From a virus (taxonomy: Duplodnaviria > Heunggongvirae > Uroviricota > Caudoviricetes), in IMG/VR virus record IMGVR_UViG_3300032070_000730: 38,887 nt of DNA; one strand, written 5' to 3'. The notes beneath the pieces were generated by a model, which did not search any database, was not told where the DNA came from, and saw nothing but the letters and a program-made list of their open reading frames with translations. Made by a program: the position numbers and the translations under genes. Below, in pieces: positions 26,300 to 36,427 of this stretch (positions within the stretch are counted from its first letter, which is position 1; the number at the start of each line of letters is the position of its first letter).

Positions 26300-27178
26300 A
26301 TGAGAAGACTAATCCCAGTGCTATTATTCTTTCTGTTCATAATCCCGAATGCACATGCAACTATAGGCATAGGAATAACCCCAACAAAACTTGAATTATC
26401 TTTCGGGAACGAGGATGAGCAGACAATCAATGCTAAAATTATAAATAGCGGAAACATGAATCTTTATATAAACATAACCTCTAACCTGACGATAATACCA
26501 AGCAAAAATAATTTCATTCTTTCCTCATGTTCATGCAAGAACTATTGCGACATACATGTGGTTGAATGCAGTGCGTTATATCCACCAGAAGATATAACAA
26601 TCAGGGTAAAGAATCCGAAAAAACCAACTATAGAATACATAAGATTTTCTGGTTCTATGGTTGGGGGTAGTGATAACATTATTGCAGTCGGAGTATCAGC
26701 AGAAATGAGATTGAATATATCATACAATGGAAAAGTCCCGACGCAAAAAGATGATGTAAAAAATAATGAAAATACAATCGTCCTTACATCCATACCACCA
26801 ACAAATCTTCCAAAAACAACGACTACACAGCAATCGACAACTACAGTTCAGCCGACTACGGCACAATCAGTAGTTGAGCCATCAGACCAGCAAAAGCCAA
26901 AAAGTGGTGGATTGATTGTCCAAGAAGCAATCGAGAGTATTCCTTTAGGAAAATGGATTGAAGACAATCAACTTCTTGTGGCAACTCCTATATTAATAGC
27001 ATCTGCTTCTATAGGTGGTGTTTTTTTAATAAAAAGAAAGAAGAACAACGAACCACAGAAATTTGATAAAATTCAGCAACTACCTGTCTATGTTGAAACC
27101 ATAGGAAATCCAAGAGTCGGGATGTCATATTCGACCGACCAAGAGCCCATAATAATAGACGAAACGAAGGAAAAGTAA
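26300..27178 (+). CDS. secreted Ig-like protein with Thr-rich stalk and TM, paralogue of 25722
   Basis: IGIGITPTKLE...INSG; TTTQQSTTT stalk; TM followed by KRKK. Confidence 0.55.
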   Translation: MRRLIPVLLFFLFIIPNAHATIGIGITPTKLELSFGNEDEQTINAKIINSGNMNLYINITSNLTIIPSKNNFILSSCSCKNYCDIHVVECSALYPPEDITIRVKNPKKPTIEYIRFSGSMVGGSDNIIAVGVSAEMRLNISYNGKVPTQKDDVKNNENTIVLTSIPPTNLPKTTTTQQSTTTVQPTTAQSVVEPSDQQKPKSGGLIVQEAIESIPLGKWIEDNQLLVATPILIASASIGGVFLIKRKKNNEPQKFDKIQQLPVYVETIGNPRVGMSYSTDQEPIIIDETKEK

Positions 27179-27199
27179 ATTTTTAGAAAATTTTAAATA
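27178..27199 (+). promoter_or_regulatory. shared promoter motif
   Basis: aatttttagaaaatTTTAAATA, 22 nt before ATG 27222. Confidence 0.65.
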
Positions 27200-27221
27200 T
27201 TTTAACATTTAAATATCATTC

Positions 27222-27524
27222 ATGTATAAAAAACTTTTTTTAGTCTATGCTTCATTTTTCTTCTTATTCATGCCAGCAGTTCTGGCTGATGACGTGTTTG
27301 CTCATATCAGGATACAATTCGAGACTGTATTGGGCGACATAGGTGCGGGTATTGGCTCTTTATTTACTGGCATGGGGGCTGGGCTTACTATATTCATAAT
27401 ACTTCTTGCTGTCGCTGGAATGATTGCTTTTATAATATCAGCAATAGCAAAGAGGGCTGGATATGGAGAAGACGGTTATCAATCTCCGCCACCAGAAGGC
27501 GACGGTTATCAGAGACCCGTTTAA
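27222..27524 (+). CDS. intron-less coat-like paralogue with signal peptide and (E/G)DGYQ-repeat tail
   Basis: LGDIGAGIGSLFTGMGAGLTIFIILLAV..MIAFIISAIAKR. Confidence 0.75.
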   Translation: MYKKLFLVYASFFFLFMPAVLADDVFAHIRIQFETVLGDIGAGIGSLFTGMGAGLTIFIILLAVAGMIAFIISAIAKRAGYGEDGYQSPPPEGDGYQRPV

Positions 27525-28123
27525 ACTTGATGAGAATTATACCATTTATAAAAAACAGTTTCAAATGTTCTTTTAATAGTTTTTTCTGGGACATAATCTC
27601 TAACTAAATCATACAAAACTTTTCGATATATGTGATTTTCAACAAAACCATGATTTTTTCTGTCTATTTTAATAACTTTTTTTCCACCTAATTCTCGTGG
27701 AACAATATGATGTTGAAGAAATTTAGAACTATTTCTTTTTAGTTTTTCTCTATATTCTTTACTATTAAAAACAGAATTTGGGTCTTTCCACAATTCTTTC
27801 ATTCTTTTTGTTCTTGTTTCTCTTAATAAACTAATGTGATATTCATCGAGTTTTCTATGCAAAAACGGATGCGGGTTTTCTTTGAGCCATTTCTTCATTA
27901 TTTCACTATGCAAATTTTTGTATTCTTTTGTATTATATTTGGAATATGGGTCTTTCCATTCTCTAATTTTAGCGATTTTTAATTTTTCCTTCACTTCTGG
28001 TCTTTTTGAGGGGTTGTTATCGCTTGAAAATCTAATCCTTAATTTGTTTTTTATTCCTTTCGCTCTCTTTTTTCCATATATTTCTTCAAGTGTCTTTCCC
28101 TTCCTCTGTCTTCTTTTGTCCAT
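27521..28123 (-). CDS. HNH homing-type endonuclease with KGKTLEEIYG/NPS repeats
   Basis: QHHIVPRELGG...NHGFVENH. Confidence 0.7.
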   Translation of the reverse strand: MDKRRQRKGKTLEEIYGKKRAKGIKNKLRIRFSSDNNPSKRPEVKEKLKIAKIREWKDPYSKYNTKEYKNLHSEIMKKWLKENPHPFLHRKLDEYHISLLRETRTKRMKELWKDPNSVFNSKEYREKLKRNSSKFLQHHIVPRELGGKKVIKIDRKNHGFVENHIYRKVLYDLVRDYVPEKTIKRTFETVFYKWYNSHQV

Positions 28124-28382
28124 TTCGTTCCCTTATTTTATTTAAAAATGTTATTAAGTCATCAAGATATTCGATTTTTAGACTTATTCCTTTTCTACTC
28201 CATCCCTGATAGCGTTCCCCATGAAGAAATTTTCTTATATCGATATATTTGTTTCCTTTGAAATCGGTAACTCTTACAATAATATCTGCTGTCGCTCCAG
28301 TTATCCTTCCAATCTCATTGCCAGATTCTGTCGGCGTTGCTTCCCCTTCCTCAATCTTTGCATCAGCGTATTCATCTTCCAT
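28086..28382 (-). CDS. PC4-like ssDNA-binding protein
   Basis: VRVTDFKGNKYIDIRKF...WSRKGISL matches the PC4 family pattern. Confidence 0.8.
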   Translation of the reverse strand: MEDEYADAKIEEGEATPTESGNEIGRITGATADIIVRVTDFKGNKYIDIRKFLHGERYQGWSRKGISLKIEYLDDLITFLNKIRERNGQKKTEEGKDT

Positions 28383-28383
28383 A

Positions 28384-28629
28384 TTAACCTATCTCAATTA
28401 TTATTCTCTTTATCTTTTTGGCTATAAACCTTAAATGGTTTCTCTTTCTTCCAAGTCTTTTGCCGTTTTTTGTCGTTGGTCTTGTCAATCCAAGCAGTTT
28501 CTTGTAATTTTGTGCAGTGTCAAATTTGATTCTCATTTTCTTTGCTACCTGTCTTGCATTTAATCCAGATTTGAATAGTTTCCTTGCTGTCTTCAATCGC
28601 TCTTCAATAATGCCTTTTTTTAATCTCAT
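28384..28629 (-). CDS. HTH DNA-binding protein
   Basis: LFKSGLNARQVAKKMRIKFDTAQNY. Confidence 0.65.
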   Translation of the reverse strand: MRLKKGIIEERLKTARKLFKSGLNARQVAKKMRIKFDTAQNYKKLLGLTRPTTKNGKRLGRKRNHLRFIAKKIKRIIIEIG

Positions 28630-28734
28630 CTATTTAATCACCTGATAATAATTAAAGAATGTTAAAATATTTAAACGTTTAAAGTTTAAAGTTTTCTAAA
28701 TTATTTATATTAATTATGCCATATTATATCTCCT

Positions 28735-28926
28735 ATGAGAACCAAGAATTTCAGCCTTTACATCAGGGAAAGAGAGATGTTTAGAGAAAGGAATAAGGAT
28801 GCTAAAACAATCATGGCTAAAACGAAACTCTCTCCAAACTTGAAGATAAATCTGCTCAAGAACTATGGGTTTGATGTAGTTGACAAGACCGAAAACTTAA
28901 TTTTTGAAAAAATTAAAAAAATTTAA
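28735..28926 (+). CDS. hypothetical protein
   Basis: 63-aa ORF divergent from the HTH gene. Confidence 0.45.
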   Translation: MRTKNFSLYIREREMFRERNKDAKTIMAKTKLSPNLKINLLKNYGFDVVDKTENLIFEKIKKI

Positions 28927-28972
28927 ATAATTGAGTCTTCTAATATATATCATAAACATTTTCAGTGAAATC

Positions 28973-31516
28973 ATGAAAAACAGACTGTTTTTAGGTTTGA
29001 GTATATTTATTTTGCTGTCTTTGATACCGTCAACTCTTGCCGTGACTGTAGAAGAGAAGACTAATGTATGGGGCAAAGCATACTTGCAGGTAGAGCCAGA
29101 GTTCAATATTACTTTCAACACGTTAAAAAACATTCAAAGAGATGGCAACTGCATTGAGATGACAGATTGGGACGGGTATTTTTCTGCCATAGGCGGAAAT
29201 GCGACTTATACTGACAAATATATCGGTGTCACTGATAATGATACGCTTTCAGGGGGTTGGCTTGCTTATAGGAATCTTGATGGTTCTAATCCTCAAAACA
29301 TAACGAGTTGGACTTATAAGGATAATCATACTTATTGGAACAATGATACTCACGGGAATAATCAAAGTTATTATTTTAATAATGTCTATTATTACAAGTT
29401 CGCTACAATCCCGAACGGGACTGAAAAGAATTTCAGATTCAAGGTCTGTTTCAATTCAAGACCAGATTTCTTCGTTCTCTATTTTGGTAGCGGTTCAACT
29501 GCTGTTCAAATAACACAAGGAACTTTTACGAACATAACAAATGGCGTATTTAATATGACAATTGATACGACACAGGGATATGCACAAACTCTTTATTCTC
29601 CAAGCGGTGACATTCAAACACAGGGGAGCGGTTATGAAGGTTGGTTGCATGGTGACTTTGCATTCGGCGGTGGAAGAGTAGCAATAGGATTTCATCAGGA
29701 TGGTCTTGAAGCAACGGTAAATAAAGGTCAAGTAACATTTAATTTTATTACACCGCCAATGGCTCTATTTCACATGTGGGCTAATCAAACTCCAGTTGGT
29801 TATAGCAATGCAGGTTATAGAGATGTCATTATACTCGGTGGTGAAACTTTTTTCTATGATTATTTGTATATGGCTACAAATAGAACAGGTGCTTATTGGT
29901 CAATTGCTTCAAATATGTATACAGCACAAGACTCTTGGTGGCTTGGTGGAAATGCAAATCAAACATATTCATGTGGGGGTGGGGCTTTAAAAACAGCATC
30001 AACTACTGCTGGATTGACAATCTTTAAGAACGATGCATCAAAAGACCAGTTCATAATCACATGGGACAGGCTTACTGATAACCTTGATAAGTGGGCATGT
30101 GAAAGTTCTACATTCATGTATCAAGGAGTGGGTTCTTTATGGACTACAGTTATTCCAAATAACACTGCTGTATATTATAGGACTGGATGGGTCAAAAAAA
30201 CGGACATAAATTATACAAATGCCTTTAATGTTGTCAATAAATATTATTCGATATTAAAAGGGACTTCTACAATAACAAACAAGACTGGTGGGTGCGTTCA
30301 GGGAATGTATCAAATAATTACTTCTGATTTGTTCACTTGTGATGTTTCATCTGGGGCACTGAATGTGACAATAACACCTTTTGCAAATGTAACATCTGGG
30401 TCTAATATTTATTTGAAAACAGGGAACTGGACTACTGGTGCAGATAAGAAAATATATATTTACAAGAATTCGACTGGCACTCCAACAAAAGATAATTTAC
30501 TCATACACCTTGTCAATGAAAGCGGTGTGTGGAAATATGTGAATGATGGAAGCCTAACACCGACAAATGCGACAATAGATGCAGGAACTTACAATTACAC
30601 TGGTATAGTTGATAGTGGTTCTCAATTCTTTTTGATATTGCAAACAAATGTAAGTTCTGATGTCAATCTGATTGTAACTAATATTTCATTAACGCCAGAA
30701 GTAATTCCAACCCCATCAAGCCAATCACAATCATCTAATTCAATATCAGTCGGGCAGAACAATACTCTCTCTGCCAATTGGACGAATGTTGTTAGTGGTT
30801 ATGCTTGGCTTTCGACAAACGAGACAGGAAGTTGGCAGAATAAAACAGGAGTTTATAATTCTCCGATAACTTTTGGCGGGGGTTCTTGGAGTAATTTCAC
30901 TTGGAACAATTCTTCTATGACATCATCTATCGTGGGATGGAAGGTTTATGCTAATAATTCAGATGGAAAAGAAGGTGTGACAAATGTTATGACATTTATT
31001 ATAGGATTTAATAAGCCAGTAGTCAATACGATTCAATGTTATAGAAATGCGACTGAATGGACGAACTGTAATCAGACTATCTGGAATAATAACATCACTC
31101 AAGTTAGAATCAATTGCACAGACCCAGACAATGACCATATAAATTCAATCGCAGTTTCGCTCTTTGATGAATATGATAATCATATAAGATTCCAAAATCA
31201 GAACTTTACATCTTATGCAGGTGAATTGTTTGTCTATGATTGTGCAGACCAGAACATAGACCAGAGCGGTTATTGGAACATAACAGCGACATGTTCGGAT
31301 GCTTATAATACATCTTTATCAATTTATACGAGATGGTTGGTTGCATGGGGGCATCTTGAAGTCACATTAAATGCTCCATCTTCATATACAAAAGTCCAGC
31401 AAAATGCAACATTTTGGATGAACGGGACTGTTACATGCGTTGGCGGAGAATGTGCGAGTGTTGGATTGTCAGAAGTAGTTAAGTTGTGGGCAGACCCAAC
31501 AAAAGTTTATCGGTGA
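28973..31516 (+). CDS. large secreted beta-rich adhesin/spike-like protein
   Basis: Signal MKNRLFLGLSIFILLSLIPSTLA; many sequons; promoter motif at 28908-28929. Confidence 0.7.
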   Translation: MKNRLFLGLSIFILLSLIPSTLAVTVEEKTNVWGKAYLQVEPEFNITFNTLKNIQRDGNCIEMTDWDGYFSAIGGNATYTDKYIGVTDNDTLSGGWLAYRNLDGSNPQNITSWTYKDNHTYWNNDTHGNNQSYYFNNVYYYKFATIPNGTEKNFRFKVCFNSRPDFFVLYFGSGSTAVQITQGTFTNITNGVFNMTIDTTQGYAQTLYSPSGDIQTQGSGYEGWLHGDFAFGGGRVAIGFHQDGLEATVNKGQVTFNFITPPMALFHMWANQTPVGYSNAGYRDVIILGGETFFYDYLYMATNRTGAYWSIASNMYTAQDSWWLGGNANQTYSCGGGALKTASTTAGLTIFKNDASKDQFIITWDRLTDNLDKWACESSTFMYQGVGSLWTTVIPNNTAVYYRTGWVKKTDINYTNAFNVVNKYYSILKGTSTITNKTGGCVQGMYQIITSDLFTCDVSSGALNVTITPFANVTSGSNIYLKTGNWTTGADKKIYIYKNSTGTPTKDNLLIHLVNESGVWKYVNDGSLTPTNATIDAGTYNYTGIVDSGSQFFLILQTNVSSDVNLIVTNISLTPEVIPTPSSQSQSSNSISVGQNNTLSANWTNVVSGYAWLSTNETGSWQNKTGVYNSPITFGGGSWSNFTWNNSSMTSSIVGWKVYANNSDGKEGVTNVMTFIIGFNKPVVNTIQCYRNATEWTNCNQTIWNNNITQVRINCTDPDNDHINSIAVSLFDEYDNHIRFQNQNFTSYAGELFVYDCADQNIDQSGYWNITATCSDAYNTSLSIYTRWLVAWGHLEVTLNAPSSYTKVQQNATFWMNGTVTCVGGECASVGLSEVVKLWADPTKVYR

Positions 31517-32886
31517 TAATTATTGGCAGTAAAAAAAAAACCAAAGTCGAGAGAAAGAGAAAAGTTAAAGGAAGGACTTTCCAAAAAAAGAAAATGTTCG
31601 TCCTGCTCTTGTTGCTCATCTTGATACCAACATCAATAGCATACTACGATTCTGCGTGGAATTTAATTTCAACTGTCGCTGGTGCAATTCCATTTTGGAT
31701 TAATGGGACTTTATATCCACAGCCAAATACAACTACAGGTCTGACAAACAATCAGAATTTTATAACAAGTTGGTTGGTGAATGCAACTGGAAAGGGTATT
31801 TATAGAATAAGAATCTTATCGAACACGACAAATCCAAACGTTGCCGATAATATATCATCTTATACAGAAATCGAGATTTTTTCTAAAGATATAATTCACA
31901 ACAATACATACATAGTCGAAGATGATATGGGAAGTTCTAATAGCGGTTGTTCAAATGCTTATGATATGGATTGGAACACTTATTGTAGTGGGACTGGAAC
32001 AATAAATGTTTATGAAAATTATACTATACCAAAACCGCTTACAAATGCGAACTTAACATATAAATATGAGACTGCCGACAGTCTAATACTTCAAATATTC
32101 TGTTGGAATTATTCATCTGGAGATTGGACACGATTTGTAAACAGTAATACAGGTGGAACACTTATTGTTGTAATTCCATTAGATTGCTATATTAATCAAG
32201 ACAAATACTTACAAAAAGTAATAATTCCACCTTCTGCTTTTGCTATCGGTAGATTTTACGAAGATAAAGTGACTTGGAACGGAACAAGATTATATGGAGA
32301 CCCATTTTATATGGATAGCGGAGACACCACAAATCCAAAGGCATGTGTCGGATTAACTGCTGGTCAATCATGTTCCTTTGCATCCAAACTTTATGCAATC
32401 GGTGCTTATGGAAATTATAGTATCTACTTCTTTTCAAACGGGACAAATCCAAATATTGTTAGGAATGACAGTTCATCACAAATAGTCGAGATAACACAAG
32501 AGACAGCAACGTGCAATATATCATTGAACTATTCAAATGTTGAATTTAGTAGCATCGCTCATAATACAACTAACAATCCAGCACAAAACAATTATTCAGT
32601 CTCGGCTAACACAACATCGCTCTGCAACGGATATTTAACGTGGTCGATTCCAAGCCCAATATTGACATATTTATCTTATACGATAGCGAACAACAACTTA
32701 AAATTGAATTATACTCTTAATACACAAGGGAATTCGACTTTGAATTTAAGGGATGCAAATGTTATCGTAACAGTCGGAACAAGTGCACAGAGTAAAATAT
32801 ATCCGCAATATTGGCTTGATGTTCCAAACCAGCAACATACAGGAGATTATCAAGGACAAGAAGTCATAAGTTGCGGTTGTCCATAA
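31513..32886 (+). CDS. secreted protein with internal duplication and C-terminal pilin-like domain
   Basis: GTGA overlap; repeated PF(W/Y)...N(A/S)..G.Y.I...SN.TNPN; C-terminal YWLDVP.Q..GDYQG resembles 24621. Confidence 0.6.
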   Translation: MIIIGSKKKTKVERKRKVKGRTFQKKKMFVLLLLLILIPTSIAYYDSAWNLISTVAGAIPFWINGTLYPQPNTTTGLTNNQNFITSWLVNATGKGIYRIRILSNTTNPNVADNISSYTEIEIFSKDIIHNNTYIVEDDMGSSNSGCSNAYDMDWNTYCSGTGTINVYENYTIPKPLTNANLTYKYETADSLILQIFCWNYSSGDWTRFVNSNTGGTLIVVIPLDCYINQDKYLQKVIIPPSAFAIGRFYEDKVTWNGTRLYGDPFYMDSGDTTNPKACVGLTAGQSCSFASKLYAIGAYGNYSIYFFSNGTNPNIVRNDSSSQIVEITQETATCNISLNYSNVEFSSIAHNTTNNPAQNNYSVSANTTSLCNGYLTWSIPSPILTYLSYTIANNNLKLNYTLNTQGNSTLNLRDANVIVTVGTSAQSKIYPQYWLDVPNQQHTGDYQGQEVISCGCP

Positions 32887-32902
32887 AGTTTATAAAAAAA
32901 AA

Positions 32903-33457
32903 TTAAGCCTTGAGTTTTTCATAGTATCTTTGTTTCTTTTTCCATTTCTTTAACAGAGTTTGACATCGTTTAGTTCTTGTTTCAAATTCTCTGACTTTCT
33001 TCAGGGTCTTTTCATATCTTTCAGTCTTCAGGTTTCTTGGTTCTTTTGGTATAGCACTGATTATCTTTCCATTCTCGAATTTCAATCCATCTTTCAGGTT
33101 CACTTTGAATTCCTTCGCCCAAGCCATTTCAAAATCGCTTATGTTTACCATTTCATCATGGTGCAGTCCTCTATTATGTCCGAGTTCATGAGTGAATATT
33201 TCTGCGAACAGCACACTGTCAAATTCTCTTAATTTCTTTTTGATTTCATTCCCTTCATTGTATTCTACTACTGGTTTCAATACGAACATCCTTATCCAGT
33301 TGCCATTGATAGATGCTAATCCATGAGTCGTGCAAAATCTTTTGCTGTATTCTATTATCACTATCCTGTGGTTATCCATTCCTTCTCTTCTGACGCATTC
33401 ATTCATTAATTTTTGCAGGTCTCTCGTGTTCCATTGCGTATAATTTTTGATTTTCAT
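32903..33457 (-). CDS. zincin-type metalloprotease-like protein
   Basis: HELGHNRGLHH (HExxH plus a third His). Confidence 0.7.
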   Translation of the reverse strand: MKIKNYTQWNTRDLQKLMNECVRREGMDNHRIVIIEYSKRFCTTHGLASINGNWIRMFVLKPVVEYNEGNEIKKKLREFDSVLFAEIFTHELGHNRGLHHDEMVNISDFEMAWAKEFKVNLKDGLKFENGKIISAIPKEPRNLKTERYEKTLKKVREFETRTKRCQTLLKKWKKKQRYYEKLKA

Positions 33458-33534
33458 ATAGATTCCCAGTTTTTTATTTCTTCTTCAGTTTCAATCACTA
33501 CGGGTTTTTCTTCTTCTATTTTCTTTTTTCTCAT
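33454..33534 (-). CDS. 26-aa peptide
   Basis: RBS gaggtga; ATGA overlap with 33457. Confidence 0.45.
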   Translation of the reverse strand: MRKKKIEEEKPVVIETEEEIKNWESI

Positions 33535-33701
33535 TTCATCACCTCTCTTTACTATATTTAGGAAAATAGAGATTTAAAAGTATCCATGAAAAGAAGACGT
33601 TTCCATACCCCATTTTAAGAAAAAATCATATATGCTGTCATATCTAATACAAAATAATAATTTTCCTGCCTTTTCGATTTATGGTAGTCTGATTTTGATT
33701 G

Positions 33702-33938
33702 CTACCATTTTTTCTTCAGTCTTATTATCAATCTCTTCAGTCTTTCATCTGCGATAGAATTCATATCTCCCTGAAAACCTTGCCTTGAAACTCTCGGATG
33801 ATAATTTCTATAATGTTCGACCAAATCCTTTCCATCTATAGAACGAAAACCACAGCCACATTTTACCGCACCTTTACTTTTCTCTGGCTTGTATTTTCCT
33901 TTGGCAGAATATTTTTTAACATCTTTTGCTTTTCTCAA
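33702..33938 (-). CDS. C2H2-like zinc-finger protein
   Basis: KCGCGF...LVEHYRNYH. Confidence 0.6.
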   Translation of the reverse strand: MRKAKDVKKYSAKGKYKPEKSKGAVKCGCGFRSIDGKDLVEHYRNYHPRVSRQGFQGDMNSIADERLKRLIIRLKKKW

Positions 33939-34221
33939 TCTCGAAATTCAAAACACCTAAAAGTCCTGCCCGTTTCTGTCGGGCTCACTTTTAGTCGAGC
34001 AAAATTAGATTATTCATAAGAAGATTTCTGGTATGCATATAGAAATAGTTTTCGGTCTCAACCTTCTCTTTTTATTTCTTCCCTTCCACTATGAATAATG
34101 ATTGGTGTCACAACTCTTCCTTTACAGAAAGCCACCTGTGCGATGATGAATCCTTTTTTCTCTATCATATTTTTTATGAACTCTTCATGAAATTTTACAA
34201 TGTCTTGTATTTTCTCTGTCT

Positions 34222-34404
34222 TCAAAAGAACATCCCCATATATATTTTAGCAATCTCCCATATAAAAAAGATTAAGAATATTATGCTAAAGGCTTTGCAC
34301 AGAAAATCGATTACCCTATTATTTGTCCATTTCTTTATATGTATTTTGCTCTTGAGGGTAGACCAATTGACTCTAACTTGAGTAAGTTTCAATATTGTCA
34401 TCAC
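34222..34404 (-). CDS. small membrane protein
   Basis: C-terminal hydrophobic helix. Confidence 0.45.
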   Translation of the reverse strand: MMTILKLTQVRVNWSTLKSKIHIKKWTNNRVIDFLCKAFSIIFLIFFIWEIAKIYMGMFF

Positions 34405-34467
34405 TGAAAGATAATAATTTTATGTATTTAAGGTTTTCTCCAATCTATAATATAATACAATTCGGTG

Positions 34468-34490
34468 AAATTTTTAGAAAATTTTAAATA
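34468..34490 (+). promoter_or_regulatory. shared promoter motif
   Basis: aaatttttagaaaatTTTAAATA, 22 nt before ATG 34513. Confidence 0.65.
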
Positions 34491-34512
34491 ATTGGCTTTC
34501 TATTATATATGT

Positions 34513-35382
34513 ATGAGAAAAATCCTTTTGCTTTTGGTCATGTTTCTATTTGTTCTTACTTTTCAGCAGGTCAAATCATCATCTTTAATTAATTGGTGGA
34601 AATTTGATGAATGTTCTGGAGATTTAGTCGCTGATAGTGTCGGAGTAAGTGATGGAACAAGGTATAATTTTGATAATGGCTGGGTTTCTGGTGTAAGTGG
34701 TTGTGCTTTGGAGTTTGATGGAACAGATGATTATGTTAGTATGAATAATGATTCTTCGTTGAATTTTGGTTTAAATAATTTTTCAGTTTCATTTTGGATT
34801 AGAATTGATAATGAAGATTTTTATGGAGATGTTGTTCACAAATCAGGCGGTGAGTTTGGTGATATTGGATGGGGATTCTATACAACATCATCAGATGTAA
34901 TGAGTTTTTTTGCTCAAGATACGGATGAAATAGGGTATATAGACCTTGAATCGTCAGTAGATATACAAGGAACTGGATGGCATTATATAACAGCAACAAG
35001 AGAAGGAAACACATTTAAACTTTATATTGATGGTAATTTGGATATTTTTGATGACACGCAGACAGTTGGTGATTTAGATGTAGTAGATAATTTAACAATA
35101 GGAACACCTTCACTGCTTCGTGCATATTTTAATGGGTCAATAGATGAAGTCAAATTTTATGACTATTATTTATCTGGTAATGAAATCATAGCAGAATATA
35201 ACAGTTATTTTCCACATTATCACCCTTTAAATGATACTTTATCTGATGTTGGTCAAGGTGTTGGAAATCTTTTGTTGAATATGTCACCACCACTCACAAT
35301 CTTAATTATAATCCTTGCTGTTGTAAGTATGGTCGGGTTCATAATATCGTCAGTCGGAAGAAGAATTGGAGAGAAGATATAA
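34513..35382 (+). CDS. LamG/concanavalin-A-like domain fused to a coat-like C-terminal module
   Basis: WWKFDE...ALEFDGTDDYV...FSVSFWI...WHYIT...LYIDG...FNGSIDEVKFY, then LNDTLSDVGQGVGNLL...GFIISSVGRRIGEKI. Confidence 0.85.
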   Translation: MRKILLLLVMFLFVLTFQQVKSSSLINWWKFDECSGDLVADSVGVSDGTRYNFDNGWVSGVSGCALEFDGTDDYVSMNNDSSLNFGLNNFSVSFWIRIDNEDFYGDVVHKSGGEFGDIGWGFYTTSSDVMSFFAQDTDEIGYIDLESSVDIQGTGWHYITATREGNTFKLYIDGNLDIFDDTQTVGDLDVVDNLTIGTPSLLRAYFNGSIDEVKFYDYYLSGNEIIAEYNSYFPHYHPLNDTLSDVGQGVGNLLLNMSPPLTILIIILAVVSMVGFIISSVGRRIGEKI

Positions 35383-35543
35383 AATGGATGATTATCAGGA
35401 AAAGAAAGAGAAGATGTTGGAATATCCAGACATGCCTGATGATGTCTATATACCACCAAAACCATATAGAAAAAAGAAAAGAAGATGATTAACAATCATC
35501 ATCCCCATCGTCTTCCGAATCAAAGAATTTGTTTTTTCTGCCG

Positions 35544-36146
35544 TCATCGGCAAGAACTTTTCTCATTGCTCCTCTGACTGTTTTGCATACCATTATTTTC
35601 ACCTCGCCATTTTTTTTTCAATAAAGGGAATCCATTTTCCCAATTATCTATAATGCTATCCCAAACCCCTTTTTTAATTATCTTTTTTCTGATAATTCGT
35701 GTCGGGATTATAACACCAAAATATTCTCCTTCAAATTCTCCAAGAATTATTCTTTTTTTTCTTGCATCTCGTGTTCTTTCTGATTTATCAAGCAAATTGC
35801 CATTGCACCAAGTCAAATCGATGACTTTTCCATTTATTAGATTCCAAGAATGTCCAACAGGTATTAATCCCTTTCCTTTAGCAAATCCTTCAACATATAG
35901 TATTTTATCATTTGACAAAGAAAGTTTCTGTGAATTTCTGTAGCATTCTCTCACTTTGCAGTCTATGTATTCCTTTTCAATCAGTTCGGTCACAAGTTCT
36001 TCCTCTTCTTTACTTAATGGTTGTGACTTAAATTTTCTACCATTCAGTAATACAAATTCCTCTATACTTCTATAAAAAAACTCGCAGTTTAGTTTATTTG
36101 AGTTCCTTATTAAATCTGCTGTTTTTTTAAGATAATTTTCGAGCAA
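35544..36146 (-). CDS. transglutaminase/papain-like fold protein
   Basis: Putative triad: ECYRNS, GHSWN, IDLTW. Confidence 0.55.
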   Translation of the reverse strand: MLENYLKKTADLIRNSNKLNCEFFYRSIEEFVLLNGRKFKSQPLSKEEEELVTELIEKEYIDCKVRECYRNSQKLSLSNDKILYVEGFAKGKGLIPVGHSWNLINGKVIDLTWCNGNLLDKSERTRDARKKRIILGEFEGEYFGVIIPTRIIRKKIIKKGVWDSIIDNWENGFPLLKKKWRGENNGMQNSQRSNEKSSCR

Positions 36147-36296
36147 TCAAATCACTTGATAAATATAATTATTACAAACATCGCACCATGTATGCTCACA
36201 GCAAAAATTCCAAGCCCATGTCTCATTGCACGGCGAATAATTATGTTCATCTACAAGATGTTTTTCTATTTCTTCAAAAGTTATTTTCTTTTCCAT
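36147..36296 (-). CDS. 49-aa Cys/His-rich protein (not in ORF track)
   Basis: MEKKITFEE...FCCEHTWCDVCNN. Confidence 0.5.
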   Translation of the reverse strand: MEKKITFEEIEKHLVDEHNYSPCNETWAWNFCCEHTWCDVCNNYIYQVI

Positions 36297-36424
36297 AAAT
36301 CTCGCCTAAACATTCTTTCAGTTTTGCCACATTTTGGGCAACACCAACAAGCATCTTTGTGATAAAGCATATTTCCTAATTTGCCTTCTATAATCATTTC
36401 AGTAGCATCATTTGGACATTTCAT
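36281..36424 (-). CDS. 47-aa zinc-ribbon protein (not in ORF track)
   Basis: MKCPND...WCCPKCG. Confidence 0.55.
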   Translation of the reverse strand: MKCPNDATEMIIEGKLGNMLYHKDACWCCPKCGKTERMFRRDLWKRK

Positions 36425-36427
36425 ATC

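Noticed and set aside
31490-31640. Possible intron fusing the two large secreted ORFs
   Set aside because: No BHB found, and the second ORF has its own signal peptide and GTGA coupling
33680-33710. Minus-strand stem ATGGTAG/CTACCAT resembling a BHB
   Set aside because: The helix is continuous for 7 bp and hypothetical excision creates an immediate stop
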